From Psammoneis japonica (taxonomy: Eukaryota), in contig QPGO01000063.1 in the NCBI GenBank assembly GCA_008632985.1, positions 1-64,000 of the forward strand: a DNA stretch of 64,000 nt, in the 5' to 3' direction. The notes under the pieces are model-generated. The model saw only the letters and a list, made by a program, of their open reading frames with translations, did no database searches and was not told the DNA's origin. Of this stretch, positions 33,820 through 46,417 are shown in pieces (position 1 is the first letter of the stretch; every line of letters begins with the position of its first letter). The position numbers and the translations under genes were made by a program.

Positions 33820-36800
33820 GGGGATTTTGCCAGCGGCCCATCCGCCCAAAATCAATCGTTGTCAGACAGTGCCCCGTGCTGTGGCTTCTGGCACTTTTCC
33901 AAGCAACGATGAGAGCACAAATTCGAAAATCACAAATGGTGAAAATGGTGCTCGTCTCTGCGAAGCTCATTTCGAAGACAATCGGGTCCACACCATGGAC
34001 AATCTCCATCCTGTGACTGATGCACATTTGCAATGATGTCATGGCAACAAAACTGATTGTGTTGAGTTGTGTTTGTGCAGCCACGACATGGTGCAGAATC
34101 GCGCTTTGGTGTTTTGGGGGGTGTTGCCTGCCCCCTTGTCTTGCACTCCAAGTCATTCATTTCACATCACAATGTCCTGGAGAGCAAGGTGTTGACACTC
34201 TGTCATTTGCAGTGCCGAGGCTTTGCAAGTGAAGTGGATTGAGTTGTCAACAATTGTGGGTGTGTCCTCAGCAACCACGCAGCAAAGCAGCAGCAGGAAG
34301 TTAGAGCAGCATGTCGATGGTGCATGGCTTGACTTGCTTGGACTCAACAAAACCACCTGGAGTGGCTTTCGTGTGACAAAATTGTGGTCTGTTGTCGTGC
34401 ATTTGAATCATTTGTGTGCGTGTGCTTGCAGTTGAACATGGTCAATCTTGCATCTCATTCTTTTTGTGGTCAGGCATGCTGGAGTGCCAGAACTGTGGGG
34501 AGACAATTGTTTGCAACAGCTCTGTGCATGGAGCTCAACAAAATGAATGATTGTGGTCTGTTGCGGCACATTTGAGTCATTTGTTTGTGCATCCTTGCAG
34601 TTGAGTGTGACCAATCTTGCATCTCATCCTTGTTGTTTGGTGCGCACTGGATGCCAGAACTGCGCCATGTCAATTGGGCATGACAGCCTGACTTGGATCT
34701 CAACAAACTGAGTTGGAATGACTTTTGTGTGATCTGTTTCTGTCCATGTGGTCTGGTGTAATTTGCTCCATGCCCATCATGAAAGCATGATCCACCAGAA
34801 GAACTTCTGTGTGATGATTTTGCACTGTTGCTCCACTTGGAACTCAACAACTGTTGGGATGGCTCTCATGGGTCAACTTGGCATTTTTTTCATGCTTGCT
34901 GGAGGAGCATGTTGGTTTTGTCTGGCCGCACTGATGTTTTTCTGGTCAAACTGGAGCTGTGATTTGAGATCAAAGCAAGTGGACAGGTCACCACACCATT
35001 GTTCAGTTGTCTTTGCATGCAATGACTTCAACATGCTGGCTGCAAAACCCTGCTGAGCTGTCACAACAATCATTGAAAGCACAGCTGTGGCTGGCGCTGC
35101 TGATTGAGTGGTGAATTCATGTCGAAAATTGGCACAAAGGGTCGCATTGCACCCCCACTTTGTGTGTGCTGCAGTGAGTGATGGTGCGTGGGGCAGGTGA
35201 AAAATCCCCAGAAAATTAAAAAAATGAGCTGTGATTTGAGATCAAAGCAAGTGGGTGGGTCACCACGCCATTGTTCAGTCATCTTTGCATGCAATGACTT
35301 CAAGGTTGCAAAACCCTGCTGAGCTGTCACAACAATCATTAAAGCACAGCTGTGGCATTGATTGAGTGGTGAGTTTGTGTTGAAATTTGGACATGAAGGG
35401 TTGCATCGTGCCCTCACTTTGTGCATGCAGTGCATGACGGTGCAAAGGGCTGGTGGTGAAAAATCCCCAGACAACAAACTCTGGAACTCCCACTGCTCAA
35501 GTGTGGGTGGGCCCAGCAAGCAATTCTAAAAACCATCAATGGTCATTGCCGCACAACCCAGCAGCATTTTGGTCCTCTGCATGTGAGGAATTTATGCAAA
35601 AATTGTGCATGCAGAAAAGTTGCGTGAAACCATGACAATGAAAGCAGGAGCAAACAAGTGTGGTGCAGCAGCATGACAAAAATGTCAGGAGGAAGATGAA
35701 CACAGACAGAGCAAACAATGAGGTGAGCACCACATGAGTGTCAATCGACAATGTCAAGCAAACTGCAGACAAGGTGGACACATGCCCATCAAGAGTCTTC
35801 TTGCTGGAGGAGTCAGAAAAGCACTGACATTGACACGCTGCACAGTGGCAGCAACAAGACCAAAAGTCATTGGAAGCAAGTGAGGCATGGGAAGACAAAA
35901 AGACAGACAGAGCAAACAATGAAGTGATTTCCACATGAATGTTGATTGACAACATCAAGCAAACTGTGCACAAGACAGACACGCGCCTGTCAAGAGACTT
36001 CTTGCAGGAGGATTCGGAGTGAAGGTGGGCATGGCAGCTGCTGCATTGGTGGGCATGACTGCTGCTGCATTGGTGGTGCTTGATGCACCTGCAGCTGCTG
36101 CGGTGGTTGGTGTAGTTGCTGCACAGGGTGAGGCTGTGGCAGATGCACTTTCTGTGGTGGACAAAGCTGAGGTGGCAGAATGGGGACAATGGAGTCAAGA
36201 GTGGCAACGGTGCAGACCCATGGACATCAATGTCACTGTCTGCAAGTCCCACACAGCAGGATGTGGGGCAAGGAGGTTCAAGGTGAGTGCCGCTGCAAAT
36301 GAGAACAGGAAAAATGAGACACAATTCCACGAGAATCACTCCAACCAATTCCAGAGCCGGGGCTTGCTCACATGGCACGACCCAATGGAGCACAACACCA
36401 GCAAGCAAGGTGGGGGTTGAGAGGCAGTGTGATTCCAGCCAAACAGTCAAAAAGCACCATTGTCAGAGTGAGCGACAGTTGTTGATCAGCCGCTCAGAAA
36501 AATTGTGAGCCATCAACTCACACTGCACACCATTTGAAGTTGCAAAAATTCTGCTGGCACAAAATCCACACATGCATGCATCAGCATAAAAAACTTTGGG
36601 AAGTCCACAAGTGGAGCTGTGCAGCCATCTTGCAGCCTGTGAAGATTCTGTCATTGAAATGTGCCAGCATGTGCTTTTCTGTGCAAAATGATTTGAATCA
36701 GTCCCACTGAGTTTTTCAAATTTTGATTGCAACAATGGCCCCAGGCAGCGAGATGAACACAGACACACAATTGAATTCAACATCACACTTGGCACTCTTG

Positions 36801-39800
36801 TCATTGAATGTTGCGCAACTCTGCCATTTGCCATCAAAATCTGACACCTTTGCTTGAGCAAACATGAGTGCAAAAGTGCTCTTTTTGCAGCACTTTGGTG
36901 CTTCAGTCTTGCACATGACTGCACTCCCCAAGTGGTTGTGGTCAAACTGCATGCACAAAATCCTCACAACAGGAGACCCTGTGTGCACTCCCTGTGCACT
37001 CAACGTGCCTCTGCACAACAAAAGAAATGACCCGCAGCTTGTGTGTGGCCTTCTTGTTGAGCCAGCCAGTTGGTCTCCATCTCATTGCTTGGACCCTTCT
37101 CATCTCCTCATTGGGCTCCACAAGTGCACAGTGCACAGGGCGTGCACCTGCAATGCAGATCTGTGTGCAAAATGTCAAAATGTGCATCACATTGTTTTAG
37201 AAAAAAGTTTTTTGTCATGCACCAAATTGCAACAAGTGAGACAGCAACTTGCCATCTGTGATGTTGTTGCCAATGACAGGCACCATTGCATTTGCAACTG
37301 TCATCCAGACTTGTGGGATCCTTCGTTTGGGAAATGTGGCACAGCATTTGCAAAGAAAAGTGTGAATTTGCATCCATATTCATTGGCTTGAAATTGGAGG
37401 TGTGTCAACAAATCGGCTGTCACCATCATTGACAAGCACTGCCTCACTCATTGTGTGCATTGGATCTGTGTTCTTTGTTTGCACAGAAAGTTGATGCATG
37501 TGCCCAAAATGCCTCCAAAGAAACAAAGCAAATGCACCAGTCATCCAAGTGAAGCAAAGAGATTTTGCAATGAAAACAAGAAGCAGCACAAGATGCTTCC
37601 AAGAAGCACAAGGCTTGGTCCACTTCTGATTGGATGAGCAAAACAGTCAGTGTCATGCCCATTCACATGGAAGAAGCAAAGTGCCAGAAGAACAAAAAGC
37701 AAGCACAAATCAACAGTCAAGTTTGCTCTTGATTCAAAACTGCCCTGCATGGCTTCAATGGTGCTGTGTGCTGCTGATGTGCCACATGTTTTCCATGTTG
37801 CAGTCACATCTGGCTGACGCTCCAGGCAGTGTGCACTTGATTGCCATTTTTCAAGATTTTCCAACACTCGCAAAAATCTTTGAAAGTGTCTTTGCCAAGT
37901 TCTTCAGGCCCAATCAACAACAATGTGACTGGATGACACAATCTTCAAGAGAATTTTTGCAAAGACTTTTCAGCTGATTGCTGTTGGTGGCAGGTTGTGT
38001 CCACCTGTGGCAATCAAGCAACAACAATCGGGACCACATCTCAACAATTGCAACATGTCCTTTGTGCAAACAATGGATCATTCACAACCACCCAAATCAA
38101 GAGTGTCATTTTTGCAATGTGCAACCACAGTGCATGGGTGGCAACATGAAAACAAACCAGATGTGGTGTGGATTGTCATTGTCACATGATTTGCAAGTGG
38201 AGCAAAAACTTTTGGAGCTCCCAAGCAGCCACAGAGCAATGGCCCACACTCCACAGAGAAACAAGGCCTTGCCACCATTCACCAATCTGAGGCTCTCCAT
38301 GATGTTTTGCTTTTCCAAGAAACTTTGTTGCCCCAGTGCCAAACCCAAGGCTTGTTCAGCCCCATTGCCATCAAGAGAGCATCTCAACACTGGTCATCTT
38401 GAATGACCAATTGTTTGAAGCAATTTGATCCAACCAACAAACAAGATCCTTTTGTGAGTGCTGATGAAGAAGCCAAGGGGAACAGTGACGTGCATGTTGG
38501 GTTTGAACAAACCTTGCTTTTGCATTTTTCTGTTGCTTTCTACATTCAGACTGAGCAGTTTCCCTCTCTGACTCCATCTCTCACACAGAGGAGAGGTGCA
38601 CAAGAAGGTGGACAATGCAGTTTTTCATCCAAATTGGATGGTTGCTCTTGGTGCATGATGTGGTTTCCAGTGCTTGTGGGACATCAGTTTTTTGGTGACA
38701 TCTCCATGCCGTCATCCTTGTGGCCCTCCTCTTGGCCAAAGATGGCTTCAATGACAATCCAAGTGCCTGCCATTCAGTCTGTGATCAGACAGAAGCCTGA
38801 CGTGTTTTGGTGGCAACATCCAGTCACAGTGCTGGGACAAGGTTGAAAATGATGCTGTGATGAAATGTGAAATGTTGTCATTTCAGCTGCACACAAGTGC
38901 CACACATCATCACAGCTTGAGAGCACAATTGGTCAACCCCAAAAGCACTTTTGCAATGTCGTGACAGCCATGACTCTCAATGAGCTTCTGAAGCTCTCAC
39001 AAAGACAAAAGGTTCTTCAAAAGGTTCTTGGGGTGTCTTGACACAAAAGAGAACATAATTTCAGAGAGTGGAACTTTGGTCACGATGAGAGGGCAGTCTC
39101 ACCGAGACATCAGATTGATTCTTCTTGTCATTTCTTGAGTCATGCCAGACCTCACAGCATTTTTGAGACATGGCCTCTCTTCCCGGACAGAGAAAACATC
39201 AATGACAATCCAGGAATGTTGTTTCTGATCATTGGAGAGAAGCCTGAGATGTTTCAGTGGCACAAAATCCAGTCACAGTGCAGGGACCAGGTAAAAACTG
39301 ATGACACAGTGAAATTTGGACAGCTGTTGTCATCATTTTCTTAGTCCAACACAAGTGCCACACATCACAATCACTTTAGAGTGTCGCTGGCCAACCCCAA
39401 AAGCAAACAAGATGCTTCAGAGCAAAGTGAAATGACAACAGGCTTCGGGTGACCCACGAGTTGCCGGGGATGGAACACTGGCTGGATGATGAAACAAAAG
39501 CATGTGGCTTGATGTGATCATGGCAGAGAGTGAAAGTGAGCACAGAATTGTCCTGCAGTTGCACGGCTCATTTTTGTGTCTTGACAACTGGCCGACTGCC
39601 TTCAAACAAGCAATTTGCACTGATTCTGCATGATGGCAAAGACCAGCAGATGGCTGGAGCCACTCCAATGAGTCAGACCCAACTTCATCTGGCTGCTTGC
39701 TTTAGCATCCCTTGTGGTGTGTGTGTGCATCGTCAATGGCAGAGCAGGCAAAAGGTTGGGAGCACAGAAGCCCAAGCAGATGCAGAAAATTTTGTGCTGT

Positions 39801-40110
39801 GCAGAATTTCTGCACAATTTCTTGTGCAGCAACCTCCAACCTCCACCCCCCCCAGATTTCAAGGTGCTTTTCACAAATCAAGCCACATTTAAAAAAATGC
39901 ACTTTCACCACCACAAGAGGGACAATGGCTGCTGGATTGCAAAAGAGGTGTCACAACTCACACACTGGCAACAGCCAAGAGCTGTTGTCCTCGTGCAACA
40001 CGCCACGTGCCATCGTCTGGCTCGTGTCGTCCGTGCTGTCAGTTGATCGGTTTTCAATTTTCAATTTTGCGACTTTCGTCCGGAGTGGGGCACACTGACT
40101 GGATCACCAC
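33820..40110. other. TpA- and CpG-depleted repeat block 4 with internal direct repeats
   Basis: About 17 TA in about 6 kb by manual count. Repeat pairs at about 34380/34550, 34955/35226, 35703/35903 and 38790/39238. Confidence 0.85.
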
Positions 40111-43100
40111 CGTCCGTGCCGGTAATCATGGATTGCTTCTCTTGCTCATCATGAAATTAGAAATACCGACGCAAATGGTGCAGGCGGCAACAATGGAGGA
40201 AATATGGGTTTAACGTTTACGCGTGTACGGTATGGATGAGAAGGTCATGATGCGGTCAGTCAGGCGAGTCGTATCGACGTAACAACATCGACTCTATGGT
40301 TTTAACTTGCAAAAGGTGCTGGCATCACTTCATCGCTGCACGGCAAAAGAATCAAAATTCTGACATGGCAGAACTTTGAAAACCGGACTATTGCTCCTTC
40401 GAAGTAGGGAAAGGAATAACCGAAACACTTCCGTCTCTTTCTGTTTGGAATGACAATGACACTGAGGAAGAAAAGTCCAATGAAGATCTCGGGGAAACAG
40501 TGCTTGACCGTTGGTCCACCATTCCAGGGTAAAGAAAAGCTCGTCTCTGAGGAGCGCCATTGTTTCCCTTTGGTGGGGAAGGTGAAATCGCGACGCTTTC
40601 GTCCACAGAAGAGAAGTCGTAGGCTTGTACCGATTCCGCGGTATCCAATGACGAGCTCGAAATCTCCGTGTCACAAGAATGGGAATCATCCTTCCGCCCG
40701 TCATAAGCCAAACGGGAGCTCTCCGATTGGCCGAGAGGCCCAACCAATGACAAAATGACCGGTACCAGCATCAGTCCGTGCGCTACTCCCAGCACAGGAA
40801 TTGCCAGGAATGTGTAGAAGAAGGTTCTCGCAATTTCCGACTTGGTGAGAAGAAGAGGAAGGACTCCGATGAATGTCGTGAAGCCTCCCAAGAGGATCGA
40901 TGTGCCCATTGTAGTAAGGCACTTGTATACACGATCGTTGCGAGTCGTGGCATCCTTGATTTCGTAGTACGTGAGCACGACATGCATGTTGTAGTCAACA
41001 ACAAGACCAACACTCATGATGAGTCCAATCGATGTAATGCCGTTGAGATATACACCAGCTGCGTAAAGAACCGCCAAGATTTCAACATAGATGGCCGCCA
41101 CAACGGGCGTCAACAGCAACGCGCCGATTGGATGAGGGATGAAAAGCAAAGAGATTACAAACACTGCCAAGAGCCCAAGCGCAACGGTGAATAGAAGCTC
41201 TTCCACTAAAACAGAATACGTCTCCCACAAAGTAAACAAAGGGCCAAAAGCAAAGAATTTCCAATCACCCGTCCCCTCATTCACCGGCTGCGATCGTATC
41301 ACCTTGCGTGCCGCCTCAAGCGAATCAATCTGGTTCTCAACATCATACAAGGATGATTTATCAAACCTTACAAAGGTGCGTGATGCGATAATGTCGCCAG
41401 ACTCATCACGCACGATGTGAGGAGAGTAAAGCGTTTTGGCGGGTTCGATATTCAGAAAAAGATCAATCCCTTCCTCAAACGTGTAGTTCGCAAAGGCGAC
41501 CTCCTGTTGCAATCTCTTAATATCACGCAACCAAAACAATTCCGGTGGGTCGGATATGTACGGGAGCGCCACCAACTCGTCCACAAAGTCAAGCATCTGC
41601 TGCTGAACTTCTTCGGATGATTGGTCCACACCACGAAAGTACACCCCGACGGGATACTGAGCCATAGTCTCTGGAACAGTGTAGGCGTCGAGAGCGGCAA
41701 AGTGTTTTCTCAGATATGAGTCTGCAGGAACGAGTTTTCGAAAGTCAAATTCTTGCTTTTGGTTCAAGGCACCCAGTATTCCAAACACCAACAATGCTGT
41801 AAATGCAATAATCACGACAACCTTTGAAATCGGCTTGAGAAGAATTCTGGAATACGCCGCCATGAGCCTGGTGACGCAGTTTGCCTTTTGCTTTGGGTCG
41901 CTCTGCTCTTGAGGAGGCGGCGTTTTGGCCTTGACACACACAAGACAATCGTAGCGACCGGCTTTCTTCCGTCGATCGTCGTATGCTAAAATGGCAATAA
42001 AAAAGGTAATCTGGTAGATGAAATCGATAAGGACGGTTGGCGCGGCGTAGTAACTAAACCAGCGAACTCCAGCAAAGCTCGATGTGCATCCCAGAAAAAA
42101 GGCCGTCACGGTCGTCAGAGTCGAAGCTGTAATACTGACACCGACTTCTTCCATGACTTGAACCACTCGATCCGCAAAGGGTTTGGACGAGTCGGATCGC
42201 TGAAAGGCACCCGTCAGTATAAAGGTATCGTCCAGTCCGATTCCCACCATGACATATGGGAACACTTGCGTGACGCTTGTAAATGGAACGCCAATAAGAA
42301 ACAGTAGACCGTATCCGGTTGCAATGGATACGAGAATGGTAACCACGGCGCCCACACCCACGAGACCTTGGCTTTGTACGGGTCTTCTGAAATTGGACAA
42401 GTAGAGCGAACAAAAGCACGCCATGATTATAAAGGCAAGCGCAATGTACGGAATGTCCTTCTTGAGTCCACGCTGAAATTCATCGTCAATGGATCGCCTG
42501 GTATTGACGCTGACAAAGCACGCAGACCCATGCTTCTTCCAACCGTCATTGACACGATGTATCTCATTCACAACATTAAACTCGTACTCGCCGGCATTGG
42601 ATAATTCTGCTTCTGGCTCAGTAATACGAATCATGAGCGCCTTGGCACTCGTCATGAGAAGTTCTTGTTCGGAAGCAGAAGAAGTGTTTTTTGGTAACTC
42701 CGGTTGAGATGTACCAAAGACAACGTCTCGAAACACTGGTTCCCCCGTTGGATATTCCAACTCGGACAAGATGCGTCTCAGCGCCAAGTTTTCATCGGAT
42801 CTTGTGCCAGTCGCTCTTGCATTTCCGTTCGATCATGACGAAAGAATGCGGTTGCCGAGTGTACCTCACACTCTCCATTTGGACCCCTCGAACACGCTTT
42901 TGCGTACCCCGTTGTGTTTTGCATGACTTCCAAGACATCAAAGAGACAATCCATGCCGTTTCTGGTCAACACATTATCTCCCGTCATGTGCAAAATCGCA
43001 TCGACAAAACGGGGTAGTGTGGGGAAGCCGGAATCACCGGAAATGAGCCAATTCCAATGCTTCTCGGAATAGGAATTGGTGGGTGTCCACAGCTCGGTAC

Positions 43101-43895
43101 GCTCGGTTTTGACGACAAAGTTGGTGGCAAAACCAGCGCATATGCAAGTGGCAGCAATCATGATGGAGATAAATATAGTCACGCCGGGAGAACGTGCCGC
43201 GGCGCCTGAGATCCATAAAGGCATTTGACAAGTGGCCTTTTCAAATAGCGTTCGGTATACATGTCCCACTTTGCGAGACACTTGTTTTGGCTGCTACTTA
43301 TTGGAGCAGCAGCCGAGCGTCGATGTGTCGAATCATTGTCATAAGAGGAATTATCCCACGTTTCTGCGTCATCTTCCCACGATGAACTACGTCCTATGTC
43401 ATCATCTAATGATGATGATGAAACCTCCATCTTTTGTTTGTGTATAATGATGAAATCTCACGGGTCGTTTGTTGTGTTTAAAATGCATTCATATTCAAGT
43501 CGCGTTCTCGTAGTTGGTTTCGTGGGTGGAGCATGCTGTTCACAGATTTGTTTCGTCTGAACGAGTGAGAAAGTATCACAAGATTGGCAACGGATTTCGG
43601 TCACCGGATGAGTCTTGTATACGGCATATTTAGATCTATAGATTTTAGAAATAGATTGAAATGCTTCTACACAGAATTTCGTACGTCACATTTATGTTCT
43701 TATGCAAAGACATATGCTATTATCGGAACACCCGCCAAAATACGACTGATAGAAAAATCTTATTGACAATACAAGAGCGTATAGAATACAAAAAATTTCC
43801 TGCAACGTCAAACCGGTTCATTCAAATTAAATATTTCGTCACATTGCCCTTCAACCTCAAGGGGCCTCACCCTTTTTTAAAATTATAATATAACT
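39485..43895. repeat. Segmental duplication copy B
   Basis: Colinear with 26509-31625. Confidence 0.9.
40388..43430 (-). CDS. Patched/NPC1-like protein, copy B, with two 1-bp frameshifts (about 43220 and 42790; error or pseudogene)
   Basis: ORFs 43430, 43281 and 42787 align piecewise with copy A at high identity. Confidence 0.8.
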
Positions 43896-44232
43896 AGTAT
43901 TTAATAAAACATGTGCAGTTGTACATTCTGAACATGTGTGGCTTTAAATATCATACTGTACTGTACATACTGTAGGCAGACATCAAGACGCGGGCTCAGC
44001 AGGGCGGGCGGCCCGGCTCGGCCGATCGGGTCGCGGGCGGGCGGTCCGGGTCCGTCCGTCTGACCATCTATCGCGAAGTCTCGCGATTCGCGCGATTCAC
44101 TCGTTTCTTTTTGCGCCGACCGCGACAGCACAGTTTGTTGATGCGTTGTGCGTTGTTGTTTGTTTTGTTCATTAGACAAGAGGCAAGTTCCGCATTATTG
44201 GCTTCATATTACTAACATTATAATACATTATC

Positions 44233-44742
44233 ATGGCCACACCAGAAGCACTCGAATCCTTGCGTCAAACCGCAAAATCTCTCAAGGAAATTCAAACAAA
44301 CTTGCGACCCTTTCTCAAGTTACTGCAAAAGGACGAAAATGACGACGAGCAGCCTCGTGCACAAGCAATGGCAGCGGTAGCCTTGACGATTGGAACGTTG
44401 CGATACATGGGTGCACGATTGCGTGGATTGGATCAAGGACGAAAAAATGATGCGCTTCGACAAGAATTGAATCAAATGAGAAAAGTGCTCGTGGCGGTGC
44501 AAGCCAAGGAAAAAACGAAAAAAGACGACGACGACACGGAAAAGCAAAAAGACGAGTCTGAGTCGAAACAGGACGACACGAAAGAGAAAAAGGAGGACGA
44601 CACGGATAAAGATAAGAAAACGGATTCGGCAGAGAACAAGAGCGAAACGAAGGCAACGTCAGAAGAAGCAGCAACAACGAAAAAGAGGAAATCGCCCGAA
44701 AAAACGAAAAGGAAAGAAAAAAAGAGGCGCACGACGAGATAA
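44233..44742 (+). CDS. Sas10/Utp3/C1D-family nuclear protein
   Basis: RAQAMAAVALTIGTLRYMGARLRG...ALRQELNQMRKVL followed by a Lys-rich tail. Confidence 0.65.
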   Translation: MATPEALESLRQTAKSLKEIQTNLRPFLKLLQKDENDDEQPRAQAMAAVALTIGTLRYMGARLRGLDQGRKNDALRQELNQMRKVLVAVQAKEKTKKDDDDTEKQKDESESKQDDTKEKKEDDTDKDKKTDSAENKSETKATSEEAATTKKRKSPEKTKRKEKKRRTTR

Positions 44743-44773
44743 CCTCCAAAGCACGCATTAAGAGTTTTCATCC

Positions 44774-45827
44774 CTACAAAAGCTTCTTTTTCCTTGCAAC
44801 TGCTGGTGGCTTTTCGTCTTCTATACTTTCATCGTCGCTCCTGATATCTTTCACATGGTCCTCTCGAAATTGATGGATTGCGGCTCGTACAATCAGAAAT
44901 AGCCAAAATTTCATGAGGAGAATCAACACTACCAAAAAGAACTTTAGCACGTAGGTTTCAGCCGTATTATTCTCAAAGACCACAATGGCGTGCCACGCCA
45001 CTACGGTAAAGGCAATGTTTCGTGTCAGTACAAACATCACGGCAAATAGCTCAAAGAGACGGTCGGCACAAAATTGAAACCAATCGAGCAAATGTCGTGA
45101 TGCATACTTGAAAGCCTTGGCCAAAAGCAACGGAGGATCAGCCCAATCCAAGAACAACATGAGAACTCCACCGAATCGAAAGTATCCCGTGGCGGCAGAA
45201 CCGAGAACCAACAAAATAGTGGCAGCATGGTGAATGGCATAGGCAAATGTGTCCTAGAAAAAAGAAATGGGGTGAGTTAGATAAAGGAGCAAACGGTTGA
45301 TGTAAACTCGCATCAACAAGAAAGTTCAATGGAACAACGAAAAACAACTTACGGATCGCTTGTGCTCATATCGCAATGATACAAGATCCGACATGTATCT
45401 CGCAGCATAGAGCAGGTAATAAAATTTGAAATCAGGCTCAATTATTGTGTTGCTCGTTTGTTTCTCCCATTCGTCTTGTTCCCAGAGCCACGGTTTGTCG
45501 TGTAAAACTTGGTAGGCAAAACAACCCGACAAGACATGAAACAAGGTCGCCACGAGCGCTTGAGAGAATTTTTCGACACGCTTCTTGGTGGCACGCTTGT
45601 CCATGAGCCATTTTGCAAACGGGTCCAACACGAGCCATCGTGTCCACCAACTAATCGCATGACAAATAAAATTGAAGGAAAAGGACTGGATAAATAAACG
45701 AAAATCAACAACAGCACGCAACATACAGCATGAGAGAGATAATATTGTACAGCACAAGGTTACAGGTAAGTCCGAAGAAGAGAACACCCACCGATCCAGT
45801 CTGATCCAGCACAGGGATGCGTATCAT
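44774..45827 (-). CDS. TLC-domain (LAG1-type) ceramide synthase-like protein; 3 exons
   Basis: KFSQA, FKFYYLLYAARY, KRSD...HHAATILLV and LDWADPPL motifs. Introns at about 45726-45652 and 45352-45254. Confidence 0.8.
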
Positions 45828-46417
45828 TCTGCAATTTCAAAAAGAATTGCGTGTTGCAAGATTCGCTACTATTGAAGCAGGAGGTTTTCTCGATCCACCA
45901 CCCACAATAATTATTGAAGAGAGAAACGACGAGCCAAGAGATTTGAACGAGTCATAACCAGTACGAACTCGATGATGATTCATGTGGGTCTTTTGTTGAT
46001 GATTTCGTTATAAAGAGACGGCGGGCTTCAAACTCTCTGGGGTCGTTTTGGCGTCGAATCTATCTGTCGGCGTCATCGTGGATTTCATTGATGGGTGGAT
46101 CTTTTCGTTCATTCCCGCGTGAACGACATGACGTCACAGACAGACGGCAAAAATTTCAAAAGTTGAAAGTACGGCAGCAAGTGGCGGTGAGATGCAGCAG
46201 ATAGGTGGTGTGAACGACGCGACTTCGATCATTGAGCATCGAGAAAGTTGCTTTGCTCAACAGAGGATCATCGTGGAGACCCAAGCGCGGTGAAGAGAGT
46301 GAGGAGGGCCTGCCACAGAGCTCCAGAGAAGACCAGCAAGTGCGCCACACATTGCACATCATCAAGACAGCCCAGCGGTTTCAGTTTTTCACCTGTGCCA
46401 GGAAATGCAAACTCAGA

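Noticed and set aside
1..40110. Hundreds of short Cys/His-rich ORFs in TA-depleted blocks as genes
   Set aside because: They are explained by loss of TAA/TAG stops and TG/CA excess, overlap in all frames and have no coherent domains.
43980..44100. GC-rich island as an ncRNA
   Set aside because: No recognisable RNA family; most simply the promoter region of the C1D-like gene.
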